NCBI GenBank assembly: GCA_020847075.1
Contig: JADLCS010000046.1
Coordinates: 70,295-134,294 of the forward strand
Source of the DNA: Gammaproteobacteria bacterium
Lineage (GTDB): Bacteria; Pseudomonadota; Gammaproteobacteria; SZUA-140
DNA: 64,000 bases
Direction of reading: 5' to 3'
Shown here: positions 17,556 through 25,964 of the stretch, in pieces
Numbering within the stretch: the stretch's first letter is position 1
How the letters are laid out: every line of letters begins with the position of its first letter
Program-made: the position numbers and the translations under genes
Notes under the pieces: model-generated
What the model was told of the DNA's origin: nothing
Databases searched by the model: none
The model's input: the letters and a program-made list of their open reading frames with translations, nothing else

Positions 17556-19847
17556 CTACAGGGAATAGCGCATCGACAACAGCGCCGCGCGCGGCGCACC
17601 GAACTGGGCATAGGCCCCGATGCGGTCGGCCCCTTCCACGTAGCGTTCGTCGAACAGATTGCGAATGGTCAGCCGGAGCTCGACGTCGCTCAGCCCCGTG
17701 TAAAACAGATGGAGGTCCACGCGTTCGTAGCCGTCGAGCGTGCCGGGCTGAAACGGCGACACACCGCGCTCGGGAATGGCGAACAGGGTCGCGCCCGCGC
17801 CCAGGCCCCGCAGCTTGCCCGACTGCAGTTCATAGCTCGTAAACATGGCGTACTGCCAGTCGGCCATGCCGCCGGGTTTGGCGCCATAGAGCGGATCGTT
17901 CCGATCCTTATACTCCGAATCGAGGACGTTATACGCCATACTGAGCTTCCACCCGGGCAGCGGCTCGCCGTTGACCTCCAGCTCCGCGCCCTGCGAGCGC
18001 TGCAGACCGCTGGAAATCGAGTACGGCGTTTCTCCGGGCGGCACCGGCACCTCCGTCGGGATATGCTCGCGGTCGATGCGATAAATCGCGGCATTGACGC
18101 CGAGTCGGCCGTCGAGCCATTCCGTTTTCAGGCCCGCCTCGTAGATCTCGCCGGTCTCGGGATCGAGGATGTTACCGTTCTGATCGGCGGAATAGAGTAC
18201 CGGCAGGAAGGATTGCCCATACATCGCGTAGGCTGAAACCTGCCCGGTCAGGTCGTAGGTCAGACCGATGCGCCCGGTGACGGCGTCATCCTTCTTCCGC
18301 AGGCTGGAGCCGCTGGTATCGCTATCGGCGCTCGAGTCGGTACGGTCGTAGCGGAGACCGAGCAGGATGCCCAGCCGGTCGACCGGGTGAACCTGCGCCT
18401 GCACGTAGTAACCCGCGTTCCTGTCGGTGCCTTCGAATTGATAGCTGTCGGTCAACGCCTGGGCGGGTGGGTCGGCGAAATTGCCTGTGTAGATGTTCAC
18501 GAGCCCCAGACTGTAGTCGGGGCCCGGGAGATAGTCTCCACGGCGATGATAGTCGTTATTGCTGAACTCGACACCGGCCGCGAGCTTCACCTTGCGACCG
18601 GCGACATCGACGTCTCCCGACAGACGCAGCTCCCCGGACCAGATCGTGTTGCCGATGTCGAATTCGCCGGCGCCCAGCGAGACGTAGCCGTCGTAGATAC
18701 CGTAGGCGTAGCGATCGTTCCTGATCTCGTTCCTGCTCTTGTTGCCGGACAGCCGCAGCGTCGCCAGCCAGCGGTCGTTCAGATCCTGATCGAGCTGGAG
18801 CGCGCCGGAATAGATGCTCCAGTCGTTACCGTCCTGGGTCGGCACGCCGACGAAGGTCGAGCGCGAGATGTCGGGGGCACGGTAGCTGCCGTCGTCGCGC
18901 GGTACCAGCGGAAAGCCGGGGTTGGAGGTGAAGCGATCGCGTTGTACGAGCGCCTCCGCGAGCAGCCGCGTATGCGGCCCAAGATCCATGGCGATGCTGG
19001 GCGCGGCGACGATCCGACGGGAATCGACGCCGTCGACGAAGGAACCCTCATCCTCATAGGCGGCCACCAGACGGCCACGAATCTTATTGGACGAAGACAC
19101 CGGGCCGGTGGTGTCGAGATCGAGGCGGTAGGTATCGAACGAGCCGACCGACAGCTCGATGTCCGTCTGCGCCTCGGGCAGCGGCTTCTTGCGCACCCGG
19201 TTGATCAGGCCACCGACGCTGCCACGGCCGTAAGTCACCGAATTGGGCCCCTTCACCACCTCGACGCGGTCGTAGATCGCCATGTCGGGGACGCTGAAAT
19301 AGGAATTGTTGATGAAACCGTCCTCGCGCACATCGTTGTAGCCGTCGATGGCGATGCCCCGGATGGCGACATCGCTGAAACCGAAGGATGACATGCCGCC
19401 GAAAGGGCCGGTACCGCTGAACTGATTGACGCCGGCCGACAGTTCCAGCGCCTGGCCGAGGTCGAAGACCTGGCGATCGCGCAGCGATTCCTGCGTGATG
19501 ACCGTCACCGACTGCGGCGTCTCGCGCACCGAGAGCGGCATCTTGCCTGCGCTGGTCTGGGTTTTGGCCCTCAGACCTTCACTATCAATCGAGTCCTCGA
19601 CCAGTACCGGCGCCAACTCGATCGGCGATGCCTCGTCCGGCGTCGGATCGGACGAATCTTTCGGCTGATCCGTCGTGGCAACGGGTTCGGGTCCACCGCG
19701 CGCGCCGTTACGGCGCAGCTTGCGACGGCAGCGGCGATCAGGGTTTTTTTCCACATGAGCGTTCCTCCCTCGGTAACGCGGTATCCGGATAGCGGGTTGA
19801 AACAACGACGCCGCGGATCGCGGCTTCACGCCCGGCACACGACTCAA
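17556..19847 (-). CDS. TonB-dependent (siderophore-type) outer-membrane receptor; N-terminus apparently frameshifted
   Basis: Plug (MPLSVRETPQSVTVITQESLRDRQ...), 22-strand barrel and C-terminal ...LLSMRYSL. The maximal ORF opens on TTG and has no signal peptide in frame; a signal peptide lies in another frame (19571..19756). Confidence 0.85.
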   Translation of the reverse strand: MSRVPGVKPRSAASLFQPAIRIPRYRGRNAHVEKNPDRRCRRKLRRNGARGGPEPVATTDQPKDSSDPTPDEASPIELAPVLVEDSIDSEGLRAKTQTSAGKMPLSVRETPQSVTVITQESLRDRQVFDLGQALELSAGVNQFSGTGPFGGMSSFGFSDVAIRGIAIDGYNDVREDGFINNSYFSVPDMAIYDRVEVVKGPNSVTYGRGSVGGLINRVRKKPLPEAQTDIELSVGSFDTYRLDLDTTGPVSSSNKIRGRLVAAYEDEGSFVDGVDSRRIVAAPSIAMDLGPHTRLLAEALVQRDRFTSNPGFPLVPRDDGSYRAPDISRSTFVGVPTQDGNDWSIYSGALQLDQDLNDRWLATLRLSGNKSRNEIRNDRYAYGIYDGYVSLGAGEFDIGNTIWSGELRLSGDVDVAGRKVKLAAGVEFSNNDYHRRGDYLPGPDYSLGLVNIYTGNFADPPAQALTDSYQFEGTDRNAGYYVQAQVHPVDRLGILLGLRYDRTDSSADSDTSGSSLRKKDDAVTGRIGLTYDLTGQVSAYAMYGQSFLPVLYSADQNGNILDPETGEIYEAGLKTEWLDGRLGVNAAIYRIDREHIPTEVPVPPGETPYSISSGLQRSQGAELEVNGEPLPGWKLSMAYNVLDSEYKDRNDPLYGAKPGGMADWQYAMFTSYELQSGKLRGLGAGATLFAIPERGVSPFQPGTLDGYERVDLHLFYTGLSDVELRLTIRNLFDERYVEGADRIGAYAQFGAPRAALLSMRYSL

Positions 19848-19851
19848 AAAT

Positions 19852-19870
19852 GATTATGATAATTATTATC
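19852..19870. promoter_or_regulatory. Fur box
   Basis: gattatgataattattatc matches GATAATGATAATCATTATC at 17/19 positions, about 96 bp upstream of the receptor's signal-peptide ATG (19756). Confidence 0.8.
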
Positions 19871-20188
19871 AACAATGATGACAACACGACAAGGCAAGAA
19901 AGGTGTCTCGCGCCACCATGGCGGCCGAACCCTGGAATCAGGCCGCGCCAGGCCCGAAGGCCGCCGGGATGGCGACGGTTCATCGCGGTTTAATTTGGAC
20001 ACCGCCCCGGGGTCGTCCCGCGAGAGCGATGGAAGAAACGCAAGGAGCGGTATTGATACTTCGGGAGTAGGGGATCCGGCCGCGCTCAGTGAGCGATGGG
20101 CTCGTCAAGCTCGAGCCTGGTGACCGGCTGCAGGCGCTGCCCGGGGCCGGCCGCCTTTGCGGGTGACGGTGCCGACGTCCCGGCCGCG

Positions 20189-21100
20189 TTACCCGGGAAG
20201 GGGAGGATGATCTGTCGCGGGATGTTGGAGCAGGCTCGCCTTCAGGTCGATGCGGTCCATAAGCTCGATATTGCAGAACCCGTTCTGCTTCAGTTGGCCG
20301 ACGAGTTCCAGGACCAGAGATTCTCTCTCTCGGCGCACCACCTTTCCCATGAACGTGAATTGTTGCGGTTGACCCTTGCCCGCGGTTTCGGAAAGATCGA
20401 TGGTCACGATCAGCTGATCGAAGGGGGCGAACGGCTTGGCCCCCTTGACGAGTTGCACTTTGACCTCCAGGTCGGTGAAATCGAGCAACGTGCCTTCCTG
20501 CCCAACCGCCCTTTCCGCCGTCTTTACGAAGGCCGGAATATGTGTGCCGATCCGCGCGTGCTGGCGACGGTCGAGGCGACGGAAAGTGCCGGCATCGATC
20601 TCGAGCACGGCCATCGCCTGCGCGCGATAATGTCCCTCCGCCATTTCGACTCGATCCCGCACCACACACTCGACCTGGGGAATACAACCCAAGGTATACA
20701 TCGATGCCAGTGTCAGCCGCGCCCCGCTCTTGAAGGGTTCCGCCGCAATACTGGGAATAGTCTCTGCGATATAGGGAACATAAAGACAGACCTGCTGCAC
20801 CTCTCCGACCTCATGTTCGAGCCAATGAGATTCCGGGTCTATCGACAGACCTCCCGGGGCGTCGGCATACAGCCCTTTCTGGGTATAAATCAGGTGGTCG
20901 TTGAGGCTGTAGGCAACGACGGTAGTCTCCGACATACCGCCCTGTTGCGATCCGAGGTAATACCCCATCTTCCCGCCGATCGGAAAACAATCCGCGATAT
21001 CCATCAGAATCCTGGTGGCAATCGGGGAGGGGTGCCCGACAATAGACGGCTGTGGCTGCACCGGGGTAAAAGCTTTCGGCCTGGGCTTAGTCATTAGCAT
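20189..21100 (-). CDS. Orphan two-domain protein with degenerate C-terminal PilZ-like domain
   Basis: 303 aa in a lower-GC stretch. RRLDRRQHARI (RRxxxR) is followed by GTLLDFTDLEVKV (the D/NxSxxG position reads DFTDLE), then a beta-rich ...FTFMGKVVRRE. The N-terminal ~160 aa are unrecognised. Confidence 0.55.
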   Translation of the reverse strand: MLMTKPRPKAFTPVQPQPSIVGHPSPIATRILMDIADCFPIGGKMGYYLGSQQGGMSETTVVAYSLNDHLIYTQKGLYADAPGGLSIDPESHWLEHEVGEVQQVCLYVPYIAETIPSIAAEPFKSGARLTLASMYTLGCIPQVECVVRDRVEMAEGHYRAQAMAVLEIDAGTFRRLDRRQHARIGTHIPAFVKTAERAVGQEGTLLDFTDLEVKVQLVKGAKPFAPFDQLIVTIDLSETAGKGQPQQFTFMGKVVRRERESLVLELVGQLKQNGFCNIELMDRIDLKASLLQHPATDHPPLPG

Positions 21101-21312
21101 GGGTTTGCCTTGGAGCTGTTAGTGGGCAATTCGACTCCATATTTAGCGGCTCGGCGAGAGAACCTATTAGGGGGAGGAATCACCTGGCGGCCACGGGCCT
21201 ACCCGCCGCAGCCTGGCCATCCGAACAAATCGCACAGAAATGCCGTGGATGGCCGGATCGAGACGGAGGGTCTATATCGAGACAAAGCGAGATACACACA
21301 ACCAGGACCATC

Positions 21313-21336
21313 AAAAGGCGCCCTGGAGCGCCCTTT
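21313..21336 (-). terminator. Intrinsic terminator downstream of tRNA-Thr
   Basis: Minus strand reads aaagggcgc-tccagg-gcgcctttt; the stem is followed by a T-run. Confidence 0.5.
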
Positions 21337-21407
21337 GCAATAGCCCTTATAACCGCTCTACAAACTTGGGGGGCAGGTCGACAGAAATCGTAACTATATT
21401 AATCTTA

Positions 21408-21483
21408 TGGAGCTGGCGAGAGGAATCGAACCCCCGACCGGCTGATTACAAATCAGCTGCTCTACCGACTGAGCTACGCCAGC
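21408..21483 (-). tRNA. tRNA-Thr (anticodon UGU), CCA encoded
   Basis: Minus strand GCTGGCGTAGCTCAGTCGGTAGAGCAGCTGATTTGTAATCAGCCGGTCGGGGGTTCGATTCCTCTCGCCAGCTCCA folds as a 76-nt cloverleaf. Anticodon loop is TTTGTAA. Confidence 0.95.
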
Positions 21484-21548
21484 GTATTCGGTTTGATCGG
21501 CGCGGATTATAGCAAACCCCGCCCGGATTCCGGCTCATGCGCCATGCC

Positions 21549-22415
21549 TTAGCGGCACTCGGTCTCCCGTACCGGTATCTGAGGCGCCCGGGCCGCGAGC
21601 CCCTGCCGCAGCTTCCGCGGCGGGGATTCCGCCCCGCCTTCGTATTCGACGGCTAGGACATAGGCCGTCCTGCTCACCATGCGTTCTTCGATGGCGGGGC
21701 TGATCCCGCTGGCGAGGATCTCCTTGCGGCGATCCTCCACCGTATCTTTCCTTTTATATACGCCGAGCGAGATGAAATAGCGCTTGTCGGGCAGCGGCAC
21801 GATGGCGATGTCCTCCATGCCCTTTTTTTGCAGCTCCCGATATCTGGCGCGCGCCTGGTCGTAGGAGAGATATTCCGGCAACCGTATCCAATACCCGTCC
21901 GCGACCGTCTCGGTGCGCTCCCGAAGGTCCGTCTTTCCCCCGGCCCGTCGCGCCTCGGTCTGCAGACGTTCCATCGTCGGGCGGTCCGGATACGGCCCGA
22001 GTTCGAAACAGTATCGGCTCGTCGCCGGCCCGGTTTTCCTGGTTTTGTCGTCTCCGGGTATGGGTGCCGGTTCGGCGCGGCCATCGCCCATGGGGGCTGG
22101 GGCGGCCTCGATCCTCTGTTCCGCCGCGGCCGCCTCATCCGGCATCGCATCGTCCATCGGCTCGAGCGTCAGACCGGCGCCCTTTTCCGCGTCCTTCGGC
22201 TGCAGCAGCGCCAGTGTCTCGGCCCCGGAGGCCGGCGGTGCCGGTGATGCGACGCCCCGTTCGTTCAACAGCACCAACGGCGGCACCCCCGGGTCCGTGG
22301 CGCGGAATTCGTCGACCGCCGCCTTTCGGCCGGCAAGGCCGCCGTGCGCCTGGTATTGCCAGGCGAAGAAACCGATATTGGCGCACAGCAGCAGGACGAA
22401 CAGCGGTCTCATCAC
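21549..22415 (-). CDS. SPOR domain-containing membrane-anchored protein
   Basis: 288 aa with an N-terminal TM, a low-complexity linker and a C-terminal SPOR-like region (YWIRLPEYLSYDQARARYRELQKKG...ISLGVYKRKDTVE). 4-nt overlap with coaX. Confidence 0.75.
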   Translation of the reverse strand: MMRPLFVLLLCANIGFFAWQYQAHGGLAGRKAAVDEFRATDPGVPPLVLLNERGVASPAPPASGAETLALLQPKDAEKGAGLTLEPMDDAMPDEAAAAEQRIEAAPAPMGDGRAEPAPIPGDDKTRKTGPATSRYCFELGPYPDRPTMERLQTEARRAGGKTDLRERTETVADGYWIRLPEYLSYDQARARYRELQKKGMEDIAIVPLPDKRYFISLGVYKRKDTVEDRRKEILASGISPAIEERMVSRTAYVLAVEYEGGAESPPRKLRQGLAARAPQIPVRETECR

Positions 22416-23173
22416 GCGGCCTCCGCGACGATGGCCAAACCCCGCAACACCAGATCGGGCTCATGGCGGAAATCGAAATCGGTGGACAGTAACGGCCCTA
22501 TCGCGGCGCCGTCTCCTCCGGTCAGCAGACAGGTCGGGCGGCCTTCGATCACCGCGCCGAGATCCCGCACGACACGATCGATGGTCGCGACGGCGGCATA
22601 CAGGGTACCGCCCATCACGCCGCCGTGCGTATCCTTCGCCAGCAGGGTGACGGGCCACGGTGACGCGTCCTCGATCGCCGCCTGGATATCCGAGGTATTT
22701 TCCAGCAAGGCGCGTCGCATGAGCCCGAGCCCGGGGAGGATCAGCCCGCCCAGGTGCCCGCCCTCCCCTGTCATCGCGTCGATGGTGAGCGCGGTGCCGC
22801 AGTCTATGACGCAGACCGGACCCGCGACGGCGCGGCGCGCGGCGATGAGCGCGAGCCAGCGGTCGACGCCCAGGCGTTGTGGATCGGGATAGGCGTTGAT
22901 GACGCCGAAACCCTCGGCCCGCGCGCGGACGAACTCGGGCTCGATCCCCCAGGCGCGGCGTGACCATGCCGTGAGTGACGCGCGGAATTCCGCGCCGGAG
23001 ACGTTCGCCACGAGCAGACGGAGCGGCGCGGGGCGGTCACCCCAGGCCGCGGACAGGGCATCGGCATCCTCGCCTCCGCCGCGCCGCGGGATGGCGCCGC
23101 GCCATTGCAGCGCCTCCGTATCCACCCACGCCCATTTGATGCGGGTGTTGCCCGCGTCCACCAGCAGCTTCAT
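22412..23173 (-). CDS. coaX: Type III pantothenate kinase
   Basis: 253 aa. MKLLVDAGNTRIKWAW and the later DCGTALTID are typical of CoaX. 4-nt overlaps on both sides. Confidence 0.9.
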   Translation of the reverse strand: MKLLVDAGNTRIKWAWVDTEALQWRGAIPRRGGGEDADALSAAWGDRPAPLRLLVANVSGAEFRASLTAWSRRAWGIEPEFVRARAEGFGVINAYPDPQRLGVDRWLALIAARRAVAGPVCVIDCGTALTIDAMTGEGGHLGGLILPGLGLMRRALLENTSDIQAAIEDASPWPVTLLAKDTHGGVMGGTLYAAVATIDRVVRDLGAVIEGRPTCLLTGGDGAAIGPLLSTDFDFRHEPDLVLRGLAIVAEAA

Positions 23174-24186
23174 GTCCGGGCGTCGGGACCGGAAGGCGCG
23201 CGCGCCGAACCGGTGTCCCGGAGGCGGAGACTGACATCGCCGGAGAGATAAGGCCTGACGACCCCGTCCGCCTCCACCAGCAGCGCGCCGCGGTCATCGA
23301 TACCGCGCGCGATGCCGCTTTCCCCGCCGCCGGCGGTGGTGACGGTCACCTCGCGACCGAGCATGATGTCGTGACGCCGCCACTCTTCGAGCAGGGGCGC
23401 GAGCCCCGTTTTTTCGAACCCGGCGAGCATCTCCGCCAGCTCGTCGAGGAGCACAGCGGCCAGTCGATTGCGCGAGGGATGCGTTCCGGTGACGGAGGCC
23501 AGGTCCGTCCACGCCTGATCGATGGCGGCGCCCAGCAGCCGCGGCATGCAGACATTGATCCCGACGCCGATCACCACGCTGCAATCACCGCAGGATTCCC
23601 CGTTCATCTCGATCAAGGTGCCGGCCAATTTGGCGTCTCGCCAGAGGATATCGTTGGGCCATTTGAGACCGGCGTCCGCGACCCCCGTCCTCCGCAAGGC
23701 GCGCACTACGGCGACGCCGACCGCCAGACTCAGCCCGGAGAGCGCGTCCGGTCCCGTATCGAAACGCCACAGGAGGGAAAGATAGAGATTGCGGGCATAG
23801 GGCGACAGCCATACGCGATTGCTGCGTCCACGTCCGGCGGTCTGCGCCTCCGCGAGACAGGCGAAGCCGGAGGGCAGCGCGGCGGCGCGGCGGCGCAGTT
23901 CGCTGTTGGTCGAATCGATCTGCTGATGCAGTTCCAAACCGGCCAGACGCACGCGCGCCGTATCACCGAACCCGGCGCGGATGTCCGCCTCGGAAAGAAG
24001 CTCGATGGAACCGTTGAGACGGTGCCCCTTGCCCGGCACCGAATCTATCTCGATTCCGCGCGCCTTCAGCGCCTGCAAGTGCTTCCATACCCCCGCGCGG
24101 CTGATGCCCAGCGTCCGTCCCAACACCTCGCCGGAATGAAACTGGCCGTCGGCGAGTATGCCCAGTAATGCGCTCCCTTGCAGCAT
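23170..24186 (-). CDS. birA: Bifunctional biotin-[acetyl-CoA-carboxylase] ligase / biotin operon repressor
   Basis: Within ORF 23170..24378, ATG at 24186 (MLQGSALLGILADGQFHSGE...). N-terminal HTH (LGISRAGVWKHLQALKARG) and ligase motif GRGRSNRVW. Confidence 0.88.
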   Translation of the reverse strand: MLQGSALLGILADGQFHSGEVLGRTLGISRAGVWKHLQALKARGIEIDSVPGKGHRLNGSIELLSEADIRAGFGDTARVRLAGLELHQQIDSTNSELRRRAAALPSGFACLAEAQTAGRGRSNRVWLSPYARNLYLSLLWRFDTGPDALSGLSLAVGVAVVRALRRTGVADAGLKWPNDILWRDAKLAGTLIEMNGESCGDCSVVIGVGINVCMPRLLGAAIDQAWTDLASVTGTHPSRNRLAAVLLDELAEMLAGFEKTGLAPLLEEWRRHDIMLGREVTVTTAGGGESGIARGIDDRGALLVEADGVVRPYLSGDVSLRLRDTGSARAPSGPDART

Positions 24187-24249
24187 CGCGATAGTGTAGC
24201 AGCCGGCATCGAACACAGCGACCGCGGGACCGGAACGCCCCATTCGCCC

Positions 24250-24284
24250 GATAAAAAGGCCGGCCCCCATGCGGAGGCCGGCCT
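24250..24284 (-). terminator. Intrinsic terminator of the small-peptide transcript
   Basis: Minus strand aggccggcc-tccgcatggg-ggccggcct followed by TTTTTAT, 63 nt after the peptide's stop. Confidence 0.6.
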
Positions 24285-24346
24285 GTCGTGAAAAATGGTC
24301 TACCTTGGTAACTCTTCCCGGCAGACCCTCGATGAGATGGATGTCA

Positions 24347-24451
24347 TCAACCCGCCAGGACCGCCGCGACAAAACCACAGATCAAAGTGATCACGATGAT
24401 CCCCACGCAGAGTACTCCGTCATCCGTTGTTGCATCTCTCTGACTGGCCAT
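24347..24451 (-). CDS. Unannotated 34-aa single-TM peptide (peptide A)
   Basis: ATG at 24451 is preceded by AAGGAGGTG with 4-nt spacing. Translation MASQRDATTDDGVLCVGIIVITLICGFVAAVLAG. Has its own promoter-like TTGACC-N17-TATGGT and its own terminator. Below the 60-aa ORF-track cutoff. Confidence 0.55.
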   Translation of the reverse strand: MASQRDATTDDGVLCVGIIVITLICGFVAAVLAG

Positions 24452-24717
24452 AAGTCACCTCCTTAGATTCAGGTGGTCCGATACCGAACACCGTCGCACC
24501 CATTGCCGTATCACTACGGTGATTACCATATATAAAGAATGGTATTTGGTCAATATATAGACAAAATCCCTATATATTTCAAGTGATAATGCCCGCCTCG
24601 CCCGATGGCGGAGAGGACCGGCGACCTGTCACGAGGCGAGGGAACGCATTTAAAGCTTCGTGGGGGGACAGCCGCTAGCGGCCTGGAGTCCCGGAAGCCG
24701 GGAAAAGGAGTGTATCC

Positions 24718-24972
24718 ATGCTGAGTTTCATCGACCGTCTCGCGACCGATTTCGAGCGACTGCACGGTCAACGACCGAACGTGCTCTATCTCAACCGCTA
24801 CCACTTCGAACGCATGCGAGGGGATTTCGCGGACCCTGAGGATATCGAGACGATGATGAAGATTCTCGGGATGACCCTCATGATCACCGAGGATGCGATC
24901 AATCCCCGGCTCGCGCGCATCGGCCGGCCGGTACCTCCACTGATCTCGGGGGTCGCTCGCGCGACGCGATAG
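24718..24972 (+). CDS. Hypothetical 84-aa cytosolic protein
   Basis: AAAAGGAG lies 7 nt upstream of the ATG. Protein-like composition (MLSFIDRLATDFERLHGQRPNVLYLNRYHFERMRGDF...). No recognisable family. Confidence 0.6.
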   Translation: MLSFIDRLATDFERLHGQRPNVLYLNRYHFERMRGDFADPEDIETMMKILGMTLMITEDAINPRLARIGRPVPPLISGVARATR

Positions 24973-25083
24973 AGAGGGCCGCCACGACTCGAAGCGCGGC
25001 GGCCGGATATAGGCTGAAAACAGCCGCTCCGTCACGCGACCCGGGCGTGACGCCTGCTGAAAACCGATGCTTATGAAGAAGAT

Positions 25084-25115
25084 ATGGCGGCGCGGACGAT
25101 CCATCCGCGCCGCAT
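25084..25115. terminator. Hairpin between the convergent 84-aa gene and peptide B
   Basis: atg(g)cggcgcgg-acgatccat-ccgcgccgcat, an 11-bp stem with one bulge, 4 nt from peptide B's stop. Confidence 0.45.
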
Positions 25116-25118
25116 GGA

Positions 25119-25229
25119 TCAGGCCGCCAATACGTATTTGGCGAACAAACCCAGACTCAACACCATCACACCGAGAGCAATTACCAGAACGGCATCATGA
25201 TCGCTTGCCGACTTGACACGACCGGACAT
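25119..25229 (-). CDS. Unannotated 36-aa single-TM peptide (peptide B, paralog-like to peptide A)
   Basis: Internal ATG of ORF 25119..25337, preceded by GGAGGTGG. Translation MSGRVKSASDHDAVLVIALGVMVLSLGLFAKYVLAA. Confidence 0.5.
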   Translation of the reverse strand: MSGRVKSASDHDAVLVIALGVMVLSLGLFAKYVLAA

Positions 25230-25381
25230 GTCCACCTCCACTCGAGTGGCTATCGTTGGCTTTAAACTAGAGTACCCCCCACGCCACCCTTCCCGAACCG
25301 GCGCGGCAACGGAAAGGGGGCCGTCATACCGTAGCAAAAAACTTGGGAATCAGGCAAGCCGGCGCGGGGCCGCGGCCGGCA

Positions 25382-25810
25382 TCACGCCTCCGAATCGGGA
25401 GGCCCCTTGCGTTTCTCCTGGAAACTGGACACGCCGGAACCCTCCCGGGTCATCCTGATACCGCCCTGATGGATGGCGCCTTCGGCCATCGCCACCACCG
25501 GACTGATGATATTGCCGGTGATACGGGCGGACGCGCTCAATTCCAGCTTTTCGCTCGCCATGATGTCGCCGACGACCTCGCCGGAGATAATGGCCATCGA
25601 GGCGGTGATGTTCCCGTGCCAGCGTCCCGGCTCGCCCAGCACCAGCATGCCGTCGATCTCGCAGTCACCCTCGACGGTCCCGTTGACGATACAGTTCTCG
25701 CTGCCACGCAAGGTCCCCGTCACGCGCGTCCCGCCCCCGATCAGGGTCGTGAACTGCTTGACGTTGTCGAGCGCGCGCCGCCCCTTGCCGCCGGTGAAAA
25801 ACGATTGCAT
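25382..25810 (-). CDS. Bactofilin (polymer-forming cytoskeletal protein, DUF583)
   Basis: Within ORF 25382..25837. ATG 25810 has GAGGAGG 9 nt upstream. Repetitive beta-helix pattern (TLIGGGTRVTGTLRGSENCIVNGTVEGDCEIDGMLVLGE...ITGNIISPVVAMAEGAIHQG). Confidence 0.85.
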   Translation of the reverse strand: MQSFFTGGKGRRALDNVKQFTTLIGGGTRVTGTLRGSENCIVNGTVEGDCEIDGMLVLGEPGRWHGNITASMAIISGEVVGDIMASEKLELSASARITGNIISPVVAMAEGAIHQGGIRMTREGSGVSSFQEKRKGPPDSEA

Positions 25811-25964
25811 ATCCCTCTGCCTCCTCGCCACCGGCACCGTGCGGGCGCCGGCGCATGTTGATATTCGCCGCTGATCGCGCGTGATTATAACGTACTTAAA
25901 GAATCAATCAGTTAATTCCGATAACCCCGTACGGGAAACCCGATCAAGCGCGAGCGCACCAGCG

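Noticed and set aside
19738-19983. 81-aa ORF containing a poly-isoleucine run (LLIIIIIIIFES).
   Set aside because: It is simply the translation of the AT-rich Fur-box and promoter sequence on the minus strand, not a gene.
19871-19990. A Fur-controlled small RNA (RyhB/PrrF-like) transcribed on the plus strand away from the Fur box.
   Set aside because: Several small hairpins are present, but there is no convincing -10/-35 in that direction and no stem-plus-T-run terminator.
21111-21175. Fragmentary similarity to the 3' end of tRNA-Thr (TGGAGCTG, then ..AATTCGA.., then GGCGAGAG) that could be a degenerate att direct repeat bounding an island.
   Set aside because: Only 8 contiguous identical bases, the remainder needs gaps, and no integrase is nearby. 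This is insufficient to call an att site and is mentioned only as a weak hint for the islet.
24550-25104. 184-aa ORF on the minus strand spanning the 84-aa gene region.
   Set aside because: It is antisense to a gene with a strong SD, runs through terminator hairpins and the AT-rich promoter patch, and has no SD and an implausible composition.
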